DNA from: Bacillota bacterium
Lineage (GTDB): Bacteria; Bacillota; Bacilli; Bacillales; Amphibacillaceae
Reading direction: 5' to 3'
Length of the DNA: 64,000 nucleotides
Assembly: GCA_035301265.1 (NCBI GenBank)
Contig: DATGUP010000013.1
Span: 1,803 to 65,802, forward strand
The notes under the pieces are model-generated. The model searched no databases. It worked only from the letters and a program-made list of their open reading frames with translations, and was not told the DNA's origin. This document shows positions 1 to 9,764 of this stretch, in pieces (within the stretch, counting starts at the first letter, position 1; each line of letters starts with the position of its first letter). Position numbers and translations under genes: made by a program.

Positions 1-271
1 AAAAACGGCGGTCCTCTGCGGCAAGTGTCGCTTTAATGAAGGTCGGATCGATCTCGCTAAGCTCGATTCGGTAACGACTCTCCATACCCCTTTCTTCGCC
101 GAGCACTTCGCCGTCACGGCTATAGTATAGAGTGTTTTCATCGTTTACAAGACTCGGCGGTCCTAGCAAAAAAGCGGCAGCATAAAGGCCGCCGATTGTC
201 GATAATCCTAGAGCTGTAAGACCGATGATCGTGATGATGATTTTTTTAGATACAGTGTCTAATTTTCTCAT
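1..271 (-). CDS. Class A penicillin-binding protein, N-terminal part (membrane anchor plus start of the GT51 transglycosylase domain); the gene runs off the window edge
   Basis: My own minus-strand translation from ATG 271..269 (SD AGGAG upstream) gives MRKLDTVSKKIIITIIGLTALGLSTIGGLYAAAFLLGPPSLVNDENTLYYSRDGEVLGEERGMESRYRIELSEIDPTFIKATLAAEDRRF. This is a TM anchor followed by the GT51 'EDxxF' motif. The ORF is absent from the track because it is truncated. Confidence 0.8.
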   Translation of the reverse strand, partial: MRKLDTVSKKIIITIIGLTALGLSTIGGLYAAAFLLGPPSLVNDENTLYYSRDGEVLGEERGMESRYRIELSEIDPTFIKATLAAEDRRF

Positions 272-376
272 TGGCAGAACTCCTGTTGTATATGTTGGCA
301 TGCTATTAACATTATGGGAAAAACATCGGGTTGTTAAACTTATAGACGACCGAACGTGAAAGATATTGCTTTTATG

Positions 377-406
377 TTGCTTCATCCCCTTGTTTACCGC
401 TATAAT
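377..406 (+). promoter_or_regulatory. Putative sigma-A promoter for ywiB-argS (TTGCTT-18 nt-TATAAT)
   Basis: -35 TTGCTT at 377..382 and -10 TATAAT at 401..406, read directly from the sequence. Confidence 0.45.
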
Positions 407-440
407 AGAAAATTATATTGCTCGAGGAGCGAAATATGTC

Positions 441-851
441 ATGAACGTCGACATTCAACTGAAAACGACGATCGATGACGATGGTCAAACGGAACAGCAT
501 ACGGTTAAAGAAACCGGACGTTTCCATCAAAAAGGTCATACAGGGATTCTCGTTTTCGATGAGATAACCGATGATGGTACGATTCACAATTTCATGACGA
601 TGCAGGATGGAAAAGTCAGCATTAAACGGACAGGTGCTGTCATGATGCATCAGCAGTTTCACTTGCAGCAGAAAACAGAAAATGTTTACCACCATCCCCA
701 TGGGACAATCCATATGGAAACTTATACATCAGATATCCGCTATCACCCTAATGCTGGGGAACTTACGATCGTTTACACCGTGAAATTGAACGGCGGACAT
801 GAGCGAAATCATCGATTAAATTTATTGTTTACAGAGGAGCGAGAGCAATGA
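441..851 (+). CDS. ywiB: DUF1934 family protein (YwiB-like)
   Basis: ATG at 441 is preceded by GAGGAG. The 136-aa beta-rich product lies immediately upstream of argS and overlaps it (ATGA overlap), as ywiB-argS does in B. subtilis. Confidence 0.75.
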   Translation: MNVDIQLKTTIDDDGQTEQHTVKETGRFHQKGHTGILVFDEITDDGTIHNFMTMQDGKVSIKRTGAVMMHQQFHLQQKTENVYHHPHGTIHMETYTSDIRYHPNAGELTIVYTVKLNGGHERNHRLNLLFTEEREQ

Positions 852-2518
852 ATGTTTTACAACGGATAGAAAAAACATTAATTGAGGAAATTGCTAAGGC
901 AGCTGTAAAGGCGGGACTCGTCGCTGAAGCGGAACTGCCGGAAGTCGTTTTGGAAAAACCGAAAGAGAAAGCGCATGGCGATTTTGCGACAAATTTGGCG
1001 ATGCGGTTAGCGCGTATTGCTAAAAAAGCACCAAAACAAATCGCCGCTGACATCGTCGCTCATTTTGATGCAGCTGCGGCGTCGGTCGATAAAGTGGAGA
1101 TTGCTGGACCGGGGTTTATTAACTTTTTCATGAAGCGCGATTATCTAAGCGATGTGTTGCCAGCGATATTAGAAGCTAAAAAAGATTATGGTAAAACAAA
1201 TATAGGGGAAGGTAAAAAAGTCCAAGTCGAGTTTGTCTCGGTTAATCCGACAGGTGATTTACACTTAGGACATGCTCGAGGTGCTGCTTTCGGCGATGTG
1301 TTATGCAATGTCTTGTCCGCTGCGGGTTATGAAGTGGAGCGGGAATATTATATTAACGATGCCGGTAGTCAAATCGATAATCTTGCGCTGTCTGTAGAAG
1401 CACGGTACATGCAAGCGCTCGGTGAAGAGGCGGAACTCCCTGAAGATGGCTATGTTGGCGAAGATATTGCCGCGATCGGCAATACGTTGGCTGCTGAATA
1501 CGGCGAGAAATGGCTCAATGCCCCAAGAGAGGAACGCCTACAATTTTTTAAAGATTACAGCCTGCGCGCTGTGCTCAATAATTTGAAAAAAGATTTGGCA
1601 GATTTTCGAGTCTATTTTGACAACTGGTTTTCGGAACAAAGCCTCTATGATGATCATAAAGTGACTGAGGTTTTGGAGTACTTAAGAGAAAGTGGCTATG
1701 TATACGATAAAGACGGGGCAACGTGGCTTCGCTCAACGGATTTTGGCGATGACAAGGATCGAGTGCTCATTAAACAGGACGGTTCATATACGTATTTAAC
1801 GCCGGATATCGCTTATCATAAAAATAAATACGACCGTGGCTATGACCAAATTATTAATGTTTGGGGTGCCGATCATCACGGCTATATTTCACGGATGAAA
1901 GCAGCTATTCAGGCGCTCGGGCTTCCGGTGGATAAGTTTGATGTAAAAATCATTCAGATTGTCAATTTGCTTGAAGAAGGCCAAACCGTCCGGATGAGTA
2001 AACGAGACGGCACAGCTGTATCATTGCGCGAATTGATGGACGAAGTCGGCGTTGATGCAGTGCGTTATTATTTCGTTATGCGTTCCAATGAATCCCAGCT
2101 TGATTTTGACCTTGATCTTGCCCGTTCCGAATCAAATGATAACCCGGTCTATTATGTTCAGTATGCTCATGCCCGAATTTGTACGATGCTTAAACAGGCT
2201 GAAGCAAAAGGATTCGCCATTGATCAAACGTTTGATCCAACGTTGCTTACAACAGAAAAAGAAATCGCCTTGTTAAAACAACTCGGTGATTTCCCGCAAG
2301 TTATTGCTGAAGCTGCTGAAAAGGCGGCACCGCAAAGAGTCACACATTATGTATTCGATCTGGCATCACACTTACACAGCTTCTATAATGCGGAAAAAGT
2401 GCTCGATGAAGACCATATCGAATTGACAAACGCCCGCATCGCGCTTGTGAAAGCCGTTCGCATAACAATTGCCAATGCGCTCCGTTTACTCGGTGTCACA
2501 GCACCAGAAAAAATGTAG
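848..2518 (+). CDS. argS: Arginine--tRNA ligase
   Basis: 556 aa with the class I 'HLGH' motif ([12 protein letters not shown]) and 'MSKR' (KMSKS-like), plus typical ArgS N- and C-terminal domains. Confidence 0.97.
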   Translation: MNVLQRIEKTLIEEIAKAAVKAGLVAEAELPEVVLEKPKEKAHGDFATNLAMRLARIAKKAPKQIAADIVAHFDAAAASVDKVEIAGPGFINFFMKRDYLSDVLPAILEAKKDYGKTNIGEGKKVQVEFVSVNPTGDLHLGHARGAAFGDVLCNVLSAAGYEVEREYYINDAGSQIDNLALSVEARYMQALGEEAELPEDGYVGEDIAAIGNTLAAEYGEKWLNAPREERLQFFKDYSLRAVLNNLKKDLADFRVYFDNWFSEQSLYDDHKVTEVLEYLRESGYVYDKDGATWLRSTDFGDDKDRVLIKQDGSYTYLTPDIAYHKNKYDRGYDQIINVWGADHHGYISRMKAAIQALGLPVDKFDVKIIQIVNLLEEGQTVRMSKRDGTAVSLRELMDEVGVDAVRYYFVMRSNESQLDFDLDLARSESNDNPVYYVQYAHARICTMLKQAEAKGFAIDQTFDPTLLTTEKEIALLKQLGDFPQVIAEAAEKAAPQRVTHYVFDLASHLHSFYNAEKVLDEDHIELTNARIALVKAVRITIANALRLLGVTAPEKM

Positions 2519-2690
2519 GAACGTTCCTTGAGCGCTATAAAACTGCATAACAGGCCGGTAACGCTTAAGATTCGAATTAAAATGGTCAAGGACGCCTTGA
2601 AGGGGAAAGCCATTATATTTTTCGGCTTTATTTAAACGTGCATAAGCTAAGGTTGTTTTTAAACAATAAGCGGATGGATATTTACGACTC

Positions 2691-3427
2691 TTATGAATAA
2701 TGAGAAGGATGCGCTTTCCGGCCTGTTACGATTTTCACAGGGGGAAATATGAGATAATACGGGCCTGACAATTGTACATCAATCGCTTTGATTGTTTTAA
2801 AGACTTGCTGGTATTCTTTGACATGCTGGAAATCGAGAATAGCAAACTGACCGCCGGGCTTTAACACTCGCAGGATTTCGCTTAATGCCTTTTGCCTTTC
2901 CTCTTCGTTATATATATATATTATGGATGGCAAGACTGGATACAACGACATCAAATGTATTGTTGGCAAACGGTATATGACGGGCATCACCGGTGATGAT
3001 TTCCACTTTTTCTGCAACCCCTTCTATTGCAGCATTTTTTCGTGTAGCATCAGGATGATTTCCGGACTGGTCGCGCTCATTCCAAAGGTCGATGCCCACT
3101 GCTTTTCCTGTCGTTAACCGCTGGGCTGCAGCGTTCAGTACCAATCCACGGCCACACCCGACATCAAGCACCTTTTCCTTGAAAATGAATGAGATCTAGC
3201 AATCTTTCCCGCAAACGTAACTTACCGACCTTGTTTCCCCCATACATATAGGCTGCTTCTAGCAAGCCAATGACAAATGTCACTCAAAATGCTGTCAAGC
3301 GTCCGGCCGAGCCATTGCCAATTCCCATGTAATAACCAAAAAGAACCAATACATAGGATAAACATAACAATTCCGAGAATGGATAAATGGCGTACCAATC
3401 AGGGTGATCATTCATTGATGGTGGCAT
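2691..3427 (-). pseudogene. Membrane-anchored class I SAM-dependent methyltransferase, disrupted by three lesions
   Basis: ATG at 3427 with SD AGGAGGT. Two TM helices are followed by an in-frame TGA at 3284..3286. The reading frame then continues (VTFVIGLLEAAYMYGGNKVGKLRLRERLLDLIHFQGK) until a frameshift in a homopolymer (T4 on the + strand, 3173..3176) just before the SAM motif VLDVGCGRG. A second frameshift lies in the (TA)6 run at 2909..2920, between SSLAIHNIY and NEEERQKALSEILRVLKPGG. Confidence 0.75.
2909..2920. repeat. (TA)6 dinucleotide repeat at a frameshift point of the methyltransferase pseudogene
   Basis: Read directly. Adding one TA unit or removing two would restore the frame locally. 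Confidence 0.9.
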
Positions 3428-3825
3428 ATTTGTAACCTCCTGGGCGTTTTTAAAGATATTTGGCTTCGTGTAGCTATACATTGGTTAAAGAAAGAAGAGG
3501 ATCTGAATTCAATTCGAATATTCTGTTCAGTTGGTTTTCATAACTTTTGCCGAAAGATCAAACGCTATCTCGAGATGGATCTGTTCAGTATTAGATTAGA
3601 TCGAGAAGCACCTGTACTTTTTATCGTAAAGTATTTTTTATTATATGAACAGTTCACAATGGAACATGTTCAGTCTTCGGAATCATATGTTTTAATTAAT
3701 ACAAGGCTAGAAAAAATATGCAATACCCTTTTATTTATGTTTAATACTTTGATCTGCGCCTTATCTTGAAACGTTTTCCCGGCTATTTTCTGATACCTTC
3801 AAATATCAAACCCGACAAATATATG

Positions 3826-3855
3826 TTGACTGAATGATCATTCATCATTTAAAGT
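3826..3855 (+). promoter_or_regulatory. fadF promoter (-35 TTGACT, -10 TAAAGT) with an overlapping perfect 14-bp palindrome TGAATGATCATTCA (operator-like)
   Basis: TTGACT at 3826..3831, palindrome at 3831..3844, -10-like TAAAGT at 3850..3855. The half-sites resemble my recollection of the B. subtilis FadR/YsiA box, but the spacing differs. Confidence 0.55.
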
Positions 3856-3935
3856 AATAGATAGATTAGCATTTTTCATGAAAATGCAACCGTTAACATA
3901 AATGGATGCTATTACATAAAGGGGGAGCATAACGA

Positions 3936-6041
3936 ATGAATACATTTTTGCTACTTAACGCGCTTGCTTTTGTGGCCATCGTCATCTATAGCATTTACTT
4001 ATTTGCCAAAGTGGTTGCCACACGTGTGGCTTACATCAGATTAGGGCAAAAATCTGAGTTTGATGGCGAAATCAAAGCGCGCTTAAAAAAAATTGGCCGC
4101 ATCGTTTTCGGACAGTCGAAGTTATTGAAGGATAAAAAGTCGGGCACGATCCATGTGATGATGTTTTATGGTTTTATACTCGTGCAGTTTGGTGCGATCG
4201 ACTTATTCATTAAAGGTTTGGCGCCGGAAAAACATTTGCCGTTTGGCTCTTTGTATCCCGGTTTTACTTTTTTTCAAGAGATTGTCACATTGATCGTTCT
4301 TGTCGCCGTTGCATGGGCTTTTTATCGCCGTTATATTGAAAAAATTGTCCGCCTAAAACGCGGGTTTAAGGCAGGTCTTGTGCTCATTTTTATCGGAACG
4401 CTCATGCTTTCGGTATTGTTTTCCAATGGGATGATGCAAATATGGCATGAAGAAACAGCAACGTGGACAGAACCGGTTGCTAGTTTAATCGCTTCGGCGT
4501 TTAGCTGGCTCACACCAACAGCTGCAATGGTTTTGTTTTATGTATTCTGGTGGATACATACACTGACAATACTAGTTTTCCTCATCTATATCCCTCAATC
4601 TAAACACGCTCATCTTATTGCGGCACCGATCAATGTGTTTTTGAGCAAGCGTGTGCCGGGGAAGTTGAAAAAAATAGATTTTGATATCGATGAAGATGCG
4701 GATGAAGAGGATATTTCTTTTGGTGTCGGGAAAGTAGAAGATTTTGAACAGTATCAGCTGCTCGATTTTTACGCGTGTGTGGAATGCGGGCGCTGTACTG
4801 ATGTCTGTCCAGCAGCGGGGACTGGTAAAATGTTGTCGCCGATGGATATTATGATCAAGCTGCGCGATCATTTAACCGAAAAAGGAGCGGCGATCACTGG
4901 TAAAACACCGTGGGTGCCCTCATATGTCTTCTCGAACACGACAGGCAACCTCGCTGCTTCCGGTGCAGGAGAAGCAGCTGCAACCGTCGAGAGTATCAAC
5001 ATGATTGGCGATGTCATTACTGAAGAGGAAATTTCCGCATGTACGACATGTCGTGCTTGTGAGGACGCATGCCCAGTGATGAATGAACATGTCGGAACGA
5101 TTATTGATATGCGCCGCTACCTCGTCATGACAGAAGGGCGGATGGATTCGGATATCCAGCGTGCAATTATGAACATTGAACGTCAGGGCAACCCGTGGGG
5201 CTTATCGAAAAAAGATCGCATCAAATGGCGAGAGGAAGACGAATCGGTTTATGCTCCGACTGTTAAAGAACTGAAAAAAGAAGGAAAAGAGTTTGAATAT
5301 TTGTTTTGGGTCAGTTCGATGGGTTCTTACGACAACCGCAGCCAGAAAATTGCTATCGCTTTTGCCAAATTGATGAATGAGGCAGGCGTCAGTTTTGCGA
5401 TTCTCGGTAATAAGGAACAAAATTCAGGCGATATGGCCCGGCGTATTGGCAATGAGTTTTTATTCCAAGAAATTGCTGAAAAAAATATTAAAGAATTTCG
5501 GAAACATAACGTTAAGAAAATCGTTACCATCGATCCGCATGCTTACAATATTTTCAAAAATGAATATCCTGATTTCGGGTTTGAAGCAGAAGTTTACCAC
5601 CATACACAACTGTTGTATGATCTCGTTGTCAGCGGCAAGCTGAAACCAAAACGGGCGATTAATCAACGTTTGACATACCACGACTCGTGTTATTTGGGCC
5701 GCTATAACGGGGTGTATGATCCACCAAGAGAGATTTTAAAAGCCATACCGGGTCTTGAGCTTGTCGAGATGGATCGCAACAGAGAAAATGGCATGTGCTG
5801 TGGTGCTGGCGGTGGCTTGATGTGGGCTGAGGAAACGACCGGTAACCGCATTAATGTGGCACGAACCGAGCAGGCACTTGCCGTTGATCCGCAGATGATC
5901 TCCAGCGCTTGTCCGTTCTGTTTGACAATGCTAAGCGACGGAACGAAAGCAAAAGAAGTCGAAGATGATATCAGCACGATGGATGTAGCGGAAATTCTTG
6001 CTCTGTCAGTGTTAGTGGATGACGAACAACAGACGGCGTAA
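3936..6041 (+). CDS. fadF: Membrane-bound (Fe-S)-binding oxidoreductase, FadF/YwjF-like (N-terminal TM domain, two 4Fe-4S ferredoxin motifs, C-terminal CCG domains)
   Basis: 701 aa, SD GGGGGAG. Motifs CVECGRCTDVCP and CTTCRACEDACP are present, plus the cysteine-rich 'MCCGAGGG' C-terminus. The position relative to acyl-CoA dehydrogenase and rpoE matches B. subtilis fadF-acdA-rpoE. Confidence 0.8.
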   Translation: MNTFLLLNALAFVAIVIYSIYLFAKVVATRVAYIRLGQKSEFDGEIKARLKKIGRIVFGQSKLLKDKKSGTIHVMMFYGFILVQFGAIDLFIKGLAPEKHLPFGSLYPGFTFFQEIVTLIVLVAVAWAFYRRYIEKIVRLKRGFKAGLVLIFIGTLMLSVLFSNGMMQIWHEETATWTEPVASLIASAFSWLTPTAAMVLFYVFWWIHTLTILVFLIYIPQSKHAHLIAAPINVFLSKRVPGKLKKIDFDIDEDADEEDISFGVGKVEDFEQYQLLDFYACVECGRCTDVCPAAGTGKMLSPMDIMIKLRDHLTEKGAAITGKTPWVPSYVFSNTTGNLAASGAGEAAATVESINMIGDVITEEEISACTTCRACEDACPVMNEHVGTIIDMRRYLVMTEGRMDSDIQRAIMNIERQGNPWGLSKKDRIKWREEDESVYAPTVKELKKEGKEFEYLFWVSSMGSYDNRSQKIAIAFAKLMNEAGVSFAILGNKEQNSGDMARRIGNEFLFQEIAEKNIKEFRKHNVKKIVTIDPHAYNIFKNEYPDFGFEAEVYHHTQLLYDLVVSGKLKPKRAINQRLTYHDSCYLGRYNGVYDPPREILKAIPGLELVEMDRNRENGMCCGAGGGLMWAEETTGNRINVARTEQALAVDPQMISSACPFCLTMLSDGTKAKEVEDDISTMDVAEILALSVLVDDEQQTA

Positions 6042-6149
6042 TGCACTTTCCTCATTAACGCGCACATTTTATTCCGGAATGAATAAAAATTTTTCCGAAG
6101 ATACTAGACGTTTATCGAACCATTCGTTACACTATAAGTAAGCAAACAT

Positions 6150-6176
6150 AGAGGGGTTTATGCCCCTCTTCTATTT
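6150..6176 (+). terminator. Hairpin after fadF (AGAGGGG-6 nt-CCCCTCT) with a weak T tract
   Basis: 7-bp GC-rich stem at 6150..6156 / 6163..6169, followed by tctattt. Confidence 0.4.
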
Positions 6177-6257
6177 GACGACGAATCTGAGCGAACGTTC
6201 AATCGACTTCCGTAAGCGCTAACATAGACAATTATTCTATGAAAGGAATGTGACTCT

Positions 6258-7445
6258 ATGCGACAAAGTGTGATTGTATCTGGGGCGCGAACGCCTTTTG
6301 GAAAATTTGGGGGAGCGTTAAAACCGCTGACGGCGCCACAGCTTGGTGGAAAAGCGATTCGAGCGGCTTTAGATCGCGCAGGAGTAGATGAAAAGATGAT
6401 AGACGAAGTGATTATGGGCACCGTTTTACAAGGTGGGCAAGGGCAAATCCCATCGCGTCAAGCCGCGCGCGAAGCAGGGATTCCATGGGGTGTGAAAACG
6501 GAGACGATCAACAAAGTGTGTGCCTCAGGCTTGCGCAGTGTGACGCTTGCCGATCAACTCATCCGTCTCGGGGACGAAGACGTGATCGTTGCCGGAGGTA
6601 TGGAAAGCATGTCAAATGCGCCATACCTTTTGCCGGATGCACGCTGGGGCAACCGGATGGGCGATAAGCGCGTTGTGGATATGATGGTGCATGATGGCTT
6701 AACGTGTGCCTTTGGGCATGTGCATATGGGTCATTACGGCAACGCGACTGCTGAAGAATACGGTTTGACGCGCAAGGCACAGGACGATTGGTCATACCGA
6801 AGTCACAAGCGGGCGTTGCAGGCGATTCAGGACGGAAAGTTTGCTGAGGAAATTGTACCCGTAGAAGTCCCACAGCGCAAAGGCGATCCCATTGTTGTGG
6901 ATACTGATGAAGGGCCGCGCAAGGATACGAGTCCAGAGAAATTGGCCAAATTGCCACCTGTATTTGACGCAGATGGCACGATTACGGCTGGAAATGCGCC
7001 AGGTGTGAACGACGGAGCGTGTGCATTTGTTGTCATGTCAGATAAGCAAGCAGCAGACATGGGTAAAACAGCGATGGCAACTATCCTCGGCCATGCGGAG
7101 ATTGCGGTCGAGGCAAAAGACTTTCCGAAAACACCAGGGCTTGTGATCAATCAGCTTTTGGAGAAAACCGGTTATAAGAAAGACGACATCGATTTGTTTG
7201 AAATCAATGAAGCATTCGCAGCAGTATCGCTCGCCAGTCATGAAATCGCTGAGATTGATCCGGAAAAAGTCAATGTCAACGGTGGAGCAGTTGCCCTCGG
7301 CCATCCGATTGGGGCTAGTGGTGCCCGCATTATTTTGACATTGATTTATGAGCTGAAGCGTCGTGGCGGTGGACTTGGCATCGCAGCTATTTGTAGCGGT
7401 GGTGGCCAGGGGGATGCTATTTTGATTGAGGTACCGCAAGCATAA
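6258..7445 (+). CDS. Acetyl-CoA C-acetyltransferase (thiolase II, MmgA-like)
   Basis: 395 aa with the thiolase active-site regions ([37 protein letters not shown]). Confidence 0.93.
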   Translation: MRQSVIVSGARTPFGKFGGALKPLTAPQLGGKAIRAALDRAGVDEKMIDEVIMGTVLQGGQGQIPSRQAAREAGIPWGVKTETINKVCASGLRSVTLADQLIRLGDEDVIVAGGMESMSNAPYLLPDARWGNRMGDKRVVDMMVHDGLTCAFGHVHMGHYGNATAEEYGLTRKAQDDWSYRSHKRALQAIQDGKFAEEIVPVEVPQRKGDPIVVDTDEGPRKDTSPEKLAKLPPVFDADGTITAGNAPGVNDGACAFVVMSDKQAADMGKTAMATILGHAEIAVEAKDFPKTPGLVINQLLEKTGYKKDDIDLFEINEAFAAVSLASHEIAEIDPEKVNVNGGAVALGHPIGASGARIILTLIYELKRRGGGLGIAAICSGGGQGDAILIEVPQA

Positions 7446-7451
7446 AGGGAG

Positions 7452-7625
7452 TTTTAATCGTTTTGCCAAAACAAAACGATCGCTGTTCTAACTTTCAGCT
7501 GAATTTGTGACTGAACGACTTAGACAGGGACTGCACATCGCACTATTTTTGGTCAGAACTGCATAGCTTTTATACCGACGCCGTCCAGAGATTTGCAGTT
7601 CGACCACACACCATTTTAATCGTTT
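7452..7625. repeat. 12-bp direct repeat TTTTAATCGTTT (7452..7463 and 7614..7625) flanking a roughly 150-bp structured non-coding insert in the thiolase-hbd spacer
   Basis: The direct repeats were read directly. The internal hairpins are ATCGTTTTG/CAAAACGAT (7457..7480) and GGTCaGAACTGCA/TGCAGTTCGACC (7551..7605). Confidence 0.6.
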
Positions 7626-7642
7626 CAGAGGAGGGACATACG

Positions 7643-8494
7643 ATGGAACTAGAGAAAGTCATGGTCGTTGGCGCTGGTCAGATGGGGACAGGCATTGCTC
7701 AAGTATTTGCACAGGCTGAATTTACCGTACTCATCAACGATATCAGTACAGGTGCGCTTGAAAAAGGGATGGCATCGATCGATAAGCGATTGGCCCGCGA
7801 TGTGGAAAAAGGGCGGATCGATGCAAAGGATAAATCGGCCGCGCTAAACCGCCTATCGACGAGTACGCAGTTAAAAGATGCGGAAACGTGCGATCTCGTC
7901 ATTGAAGCTGTCGTGGAGGATATCGATACTAAAACCGATGTGATGCAGACGCTCGATCAATATGCTCCTGAACACGCCATCTTAGCTTCAAATACATCAT
8001 CGTTACCGATAACGGAAATCGCAGCTGCTACCAGTCGCCCGGATCGCGTCATCGGCATGCATTTTATGAATCCGGTTCCAGTTATGCAACTGGTGGAAAT
8101 TATCCGCGGATTACAAACGAGCGACGATGCGTTTCGTGTCATTGAAACAACGGCAAAAGCATTAGGAAAAACGCCAGTGGAGGTCAATGATGCTCCGGGA
8201 TTTGTTTCCAACCGCGTGATTATGCCGATGATCAATGAGGCGATTTTTACGGTGCAAGAAGGAATTGCGACCCCAGAAGATGTCGATACAGTCATGAAAC
8301 TAGGTATGAACCATCCTATGGGTCCGCTCCGACTCGCTGATTTTATCGGACTGGATACATGTCTGTACATTTTAGAAGTGCTTTATGAAGGTTTCGGCGA
8401 TAGTAAATATCGCCCGTGCCCGTTGTTGAGAAAATATGTCAAAGCTGGTTGGCTTGGTAAAAAATCGGGTCGAGGTTTTTACCAATATGATTAA
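7643..8494 (+). CDS. 3-hydroxybutyryl-CoA dehydrogenase (Hbd/MmgB-like)
   Basis: 283 aa, N-terminal Rossmann GAGQMG motif, typical HCDH C-terminal domain, SD GAGGAGGG. Confidence 0.93.
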   Translation: MELEKVMVVGAGQMGTGIAQVFAQAEFTVLINDISTGALEKGMASIDKRLARDVEKGRIDAKDKSAALNRLSTSTQLKDAETCDLVIEAVVEDIDTKTDVMQTLDQYAPEHAILASNTSSLPITEIAAATSRPDRVIGMHFMNPVPVMQLVEIIRGLQTSDDAFRVIETTAKALGKTPVEVNDAPGFVSNRVIMPMINEAIFTVQEGIATPEDVDTVMKLGMNHPMGPLRLADFIGLDTCLYILEVLYEGFGDSKYRPCPLLRKYVKAGWLGKKSGRGFYQYD

Positions 8495-8593
8495 AGCATT
8501 CGCTGTCAACTCTTGCTTCAGATCGGCTTATATGCATTCGGCATAAAGCTGTTTAATCATTACCGAGAAGAAAGGGGCCGAGCGGTATTGAAC

Positions 8594-9724
8594 ATGCATT
8601 TCACCGAAGAGCAAAACATGATGCGCCAAATGGTACGCGACTTTGCTCAGAACGAGGTTGCACCCGCGGTTGAAAGCATGGAGACAGAGGATCGCTTCCC
8701 GAAAGAGCTGCTGCAAAAAATGGGTGAACTCGGGCTGATGGGTATTCCTGTTTCTGATACATACGGTGGCAGCGGGATGGACTTTACATCGTATATCATT
8801 GCCATCCATGAACTGTCCAAGGTTAGTGCAGCTTTAGGCGTCATGCTAAGCGTCCATACATCCGTCGGCACAAATCCTATCTATCACTTTGGCAGTGACA
8901 AACAGAAAAAATATTACGTGCCAAAACTTGCTAGAGGCGAGTACATAGGGGCGTTTGCTTTGACCGAACCAAGCGCAGGTTCAGATGCGGGCAATATTAA
9001 GATGAAAGCAGTAAAAGACGGCGATTCTTATGTGTTAAACGGCTCAAAAGTGTTCATCACAAATGGTGGTATCGCCGATATATATATTACATTTGCTCGC
9101 GCTTATAACAAATCGGGATCAGAGGGCATTCATGCTTTTATCGTTGAAAAAGATACACCTGGTCTTATCATCGGCAAACCAGAAAAGAAAATGGGTTTGC
9201 ATGGCTCGCAAACCGTATCACTCACATTTGATCAGTGCGTCGTTCCTAAAGAACAGCTGCTCGGTCAAGAAGGCGAAGGTTATAAAATTGCGATGGCGAA
9301 TTTAGATGTCGGCCGGATCGGTATTGCCGCTCAAGCTCTTGGAATTGCTGAGGCAGCTTTGGAATATGCGACCGATTATGCTAAAGAACGGAAACAGTTT
9401 GGAAAGCCGATCGTCGCCAATCAAGGCGTATCGTTCAAACTGGCCGACATGGCGACAAACGTTGAGGCAGCCAAGCTGTTGGTTTATCAAGCAGCGTCGC
9501 TCGTTGATCGCAATAAGCGATGCAGTAAAGAAGCATCCATGGCGAAGCTGTTTGCTTCTCAAACGGCACGTGATACGGCGATTGAAGCGGTCCAGATTTT
9601 CGGCGGCTACGGCTATACCGAGGATTACCCGGTTGAACGGCTCTTCCGCGATGCCAAAGTGACCGAAATTTATGAAGGAACGAACGAGATTCAGCGTATC
9701 GTTATCGGCAAACATCTATTATAA
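8594..9724 (+). CDS. Acyl-CoA dehydrogenase (short/branched-chain type)
   Basis: I prefer the start at ATG 8594 (MHFTEEQNMMRQMVRDFA...), giving 376 aa. ACAD signatures are present ([19 protein letters not shown]). Confidence 0.9.
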   Translation: MHFTEEQNMMRQMVRDFAQNEVAPAVESMETEDRFPKELLQKMGELGLMGIPVSDTYGGSGMDFTSYIIAIHELSKVSAALGVMLSVHTSVGTNPIYHFGSDKQKKYYVPKLARGEYIGAFALTEPSAGSDAGNIKMKAVKDGDSYVLNGSKVFITNGGIADIYITFARAYNKSGSEGIHAFIVEKDTPGLIIGKPEKKMGLHGSQTVSLTFDQCVVPKEQLLGQEGEGYKIAMANLDVGRIGIAAQALGIAEAALEYATDYAKERKQFGKPIVANQGVSFKLADMATNVEAAKLLVYQAASLVDRNKRCSKEASMAKLFASQTARDTAIEAVQIFGGYGYTEDYPVERLFRDAKVTEIYEGTNEIQRIVIGKHLL

Positions 9725-9764
9725 ATTGATCGACTATTCATAACTATTGAAAGGAGATGCAAGC

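Noticed and set aside
272-440. T-box or other leader upstream of ywiB-argS
   Set aside because: The region is too short and has no specifier or T-box sequence (no AGGGUGGNACCGCG-like element).
372-1053. Antisense ORFs 372..713 and 829..1053 from the track
   Set aside because: They lie opposite ywiB and argS, have no SD and are Ser/Ala/Phe-rich with low complexity. These are typical shadow ORFs of conserved genes.
2519-2690. Protein-like open frames on the minus strand in the argS-methyltransferase spacer (…KAEKYNGFPLQGVLDHFNSNLKRYRPVMQFYSAQGTF…, and track ORF 2383..2613)
   Set aside because: They have no start codon with an SD and run into the argS 3' end on the opposite strand. I recognise no family. 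They may be a relic but cannot be supported.
3646-3671. Possible LexA/SOS (Cheo) boxes
   Set aside because: The GAAC/GTTC arms are separated by 1-2 nt, not by the 4 nt required by CGAAC-N4-GTTCG.
3575-3769. 64-aa ORF in the AT-rich spacer
   Set aside because: It has no SD, its composition is driven by AT-rich DNA, and I recognise no motif.
4331-7469. Multiple ORFs overlapping fadF and the thiolase gene (e.g. 4572..4871, 5702..6067, 6158..6421, 6559..6957, 6827..7150, 7038..7469)
   Set aside because: All overlap strongly supported CDSs in other frames or on the other strand, and none has motifs or a ribosome-binding site.
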